Below are positions 63,754 to 64,000 of a stretch of DNA of 64,000 nucleotides, piece by piece. Where the stretch lies: contig JACKFO010000002.1 of the NCBI GenBank assembly GCA_020632415.1, positions 386,732 through 450,731 of the forward strand, written 5' to 3'. This stretch comes from Candidatus Nomurabacteria bacterium. GTDB lineage: Bacteria > Patescibacteriota > Patescibacteriia > UBA1558 > GWA2-36-10. Numbering within the stretch: position 1 is the stretch's first letter; every line of letters begins with the position of its first letter. The notes below the pieces were generated by a model. That model searched no databases. It worked only from the letters and a program-made list of their open reading frames with translations, and was not told the DNA's origin. The translations under genes were made by a program, and so were the position numbers.

Positions 63754-64000
63754 ATGAAGCAACTAAAAATTTTTAGCCTAATCTTGATCTTCTCTATTTT
63801 TGCTTTTGCTTTATCAGTAAATATTTCTAGAGCACAAGACAAAGAAGAAGATCCAATGACTTTAGAAAATTATCCTAGCCCAGAATTACAAAGTGACTCG
63901 GTCACAGCTGAAGATCTTGGGCTAACAACAGCAGAAGTTCAAACTCCAGATCAAGCGGCCTATTGGTGGTCAAAATTTAAAAATAATGTCCAAAGTATTT
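63754..64000 (+). CDS. Secreted hypothetical protein (N-terminal part, truncated by window end)
   Basis: MKQLKIFSLILIFSIFAFALSVNISRAQD signal peptide; the ORF runs off the window. Confidence 0.45.
   Translation, partial: MKQLKIFSLILIFSIFAFALSVNISRAQDKEEDPMTLENYPSPELQSDSVTAEDLGLTTAEVQTPDQAAYWWSKFKNNVQSI

Noticed and set aside
1-64000. Alternative genetic code (UGA=Gly, code 25) prompted by the in-frame TGA at 54747
   Set aside because: All long housekeeping ORFs (dnaE, thrS, ftsI, histidine kinase, gpmI, eno, pgk and others) are uninterrupted under the standard code and several end in TAA/TAG. A single TGA does not support recoding genome-wide.
1-64000. CRISPR arrays, IS elements, integrases, prophage genes
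   Set aside because: No short regularly spaced repeats and no transposase or integrase-like ORFs were seen. The only notable repeats are the two 87-nt leaders and short tandem AGCTAATTTT units in the rplJ leader.

Overview
AT-rich (roughly one-third GC), gene-dense window with very short intergenic spacers and many overlapping start/stop codons. It reads as a reduced-genome bacterium of CPR/Patescibacteria-like style using the standard genetic code: every large housekeeping ORF is intact with no in-frame TGA. Most genes lie on the minus strand. Content from start to end: sufB (partial), sufC and an IscR-like regulator; tRNA-Glu; a compact dcw block (mraZ-rsmH-ftsL-ftsI-murF) with a consensus promoter and MraZ-box-like repeats; a 703-aa membrane protein with a divergent wHTH regulator; rplJ-rplL with an L10-type attenuator leader; mltG, manC-like, uppP; a glycolytic block pgk-eno with two tandem gpmI paralogs; a Ham1-like NTPase; canonical ddl followed by an unusual module (VanX-type D-Ala-D-Ala dipeptidase, two divergent Ddl-family ATP-grasp ligases, a standalone C39-type Cys peptidase) bracketed by two near-identical ~87-nt promoter-plus-hairpin leaders and flanked by a large orphan 7TM-GAF histidine kinase; a lipid-scavenging module (alpha/beta hydrolase, acyl-CoA synthetase, PlsC, HAD phosphatase); an asparaginase-family protein with a degenerate catalytic motif; three tandem kinase-less HisKA_7TM-like membrane paralogs; a GC-rich (about 48% GC in the first 60 nt versus about one-third for the window), probably horizontally acquired alpha/beta hydrolase; an ABC-2 exporter with an HExxH protein; cysS-trpS, gap, ricT, tsf, rpsB, rpmE, a leaderless prfA and prmC; a 320-nt GC-rich island with terminators on both sides (ncRNA candidate); a DUF3048 protein, rplY, ftsW; a tRNA-Val/Phe/Arg cluster; a small promoter-driven ORF interrupted by an in-frame TGA; dnaE; a second GC-rich island; thrS preceded by a textbook T-box antiterminator/terminator leader; guaB. 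No CRISPR array, transposase or integrase was recognised. The most interesting locus is the Ddl/VanX/C39 module with its duplicated regulatory leader.
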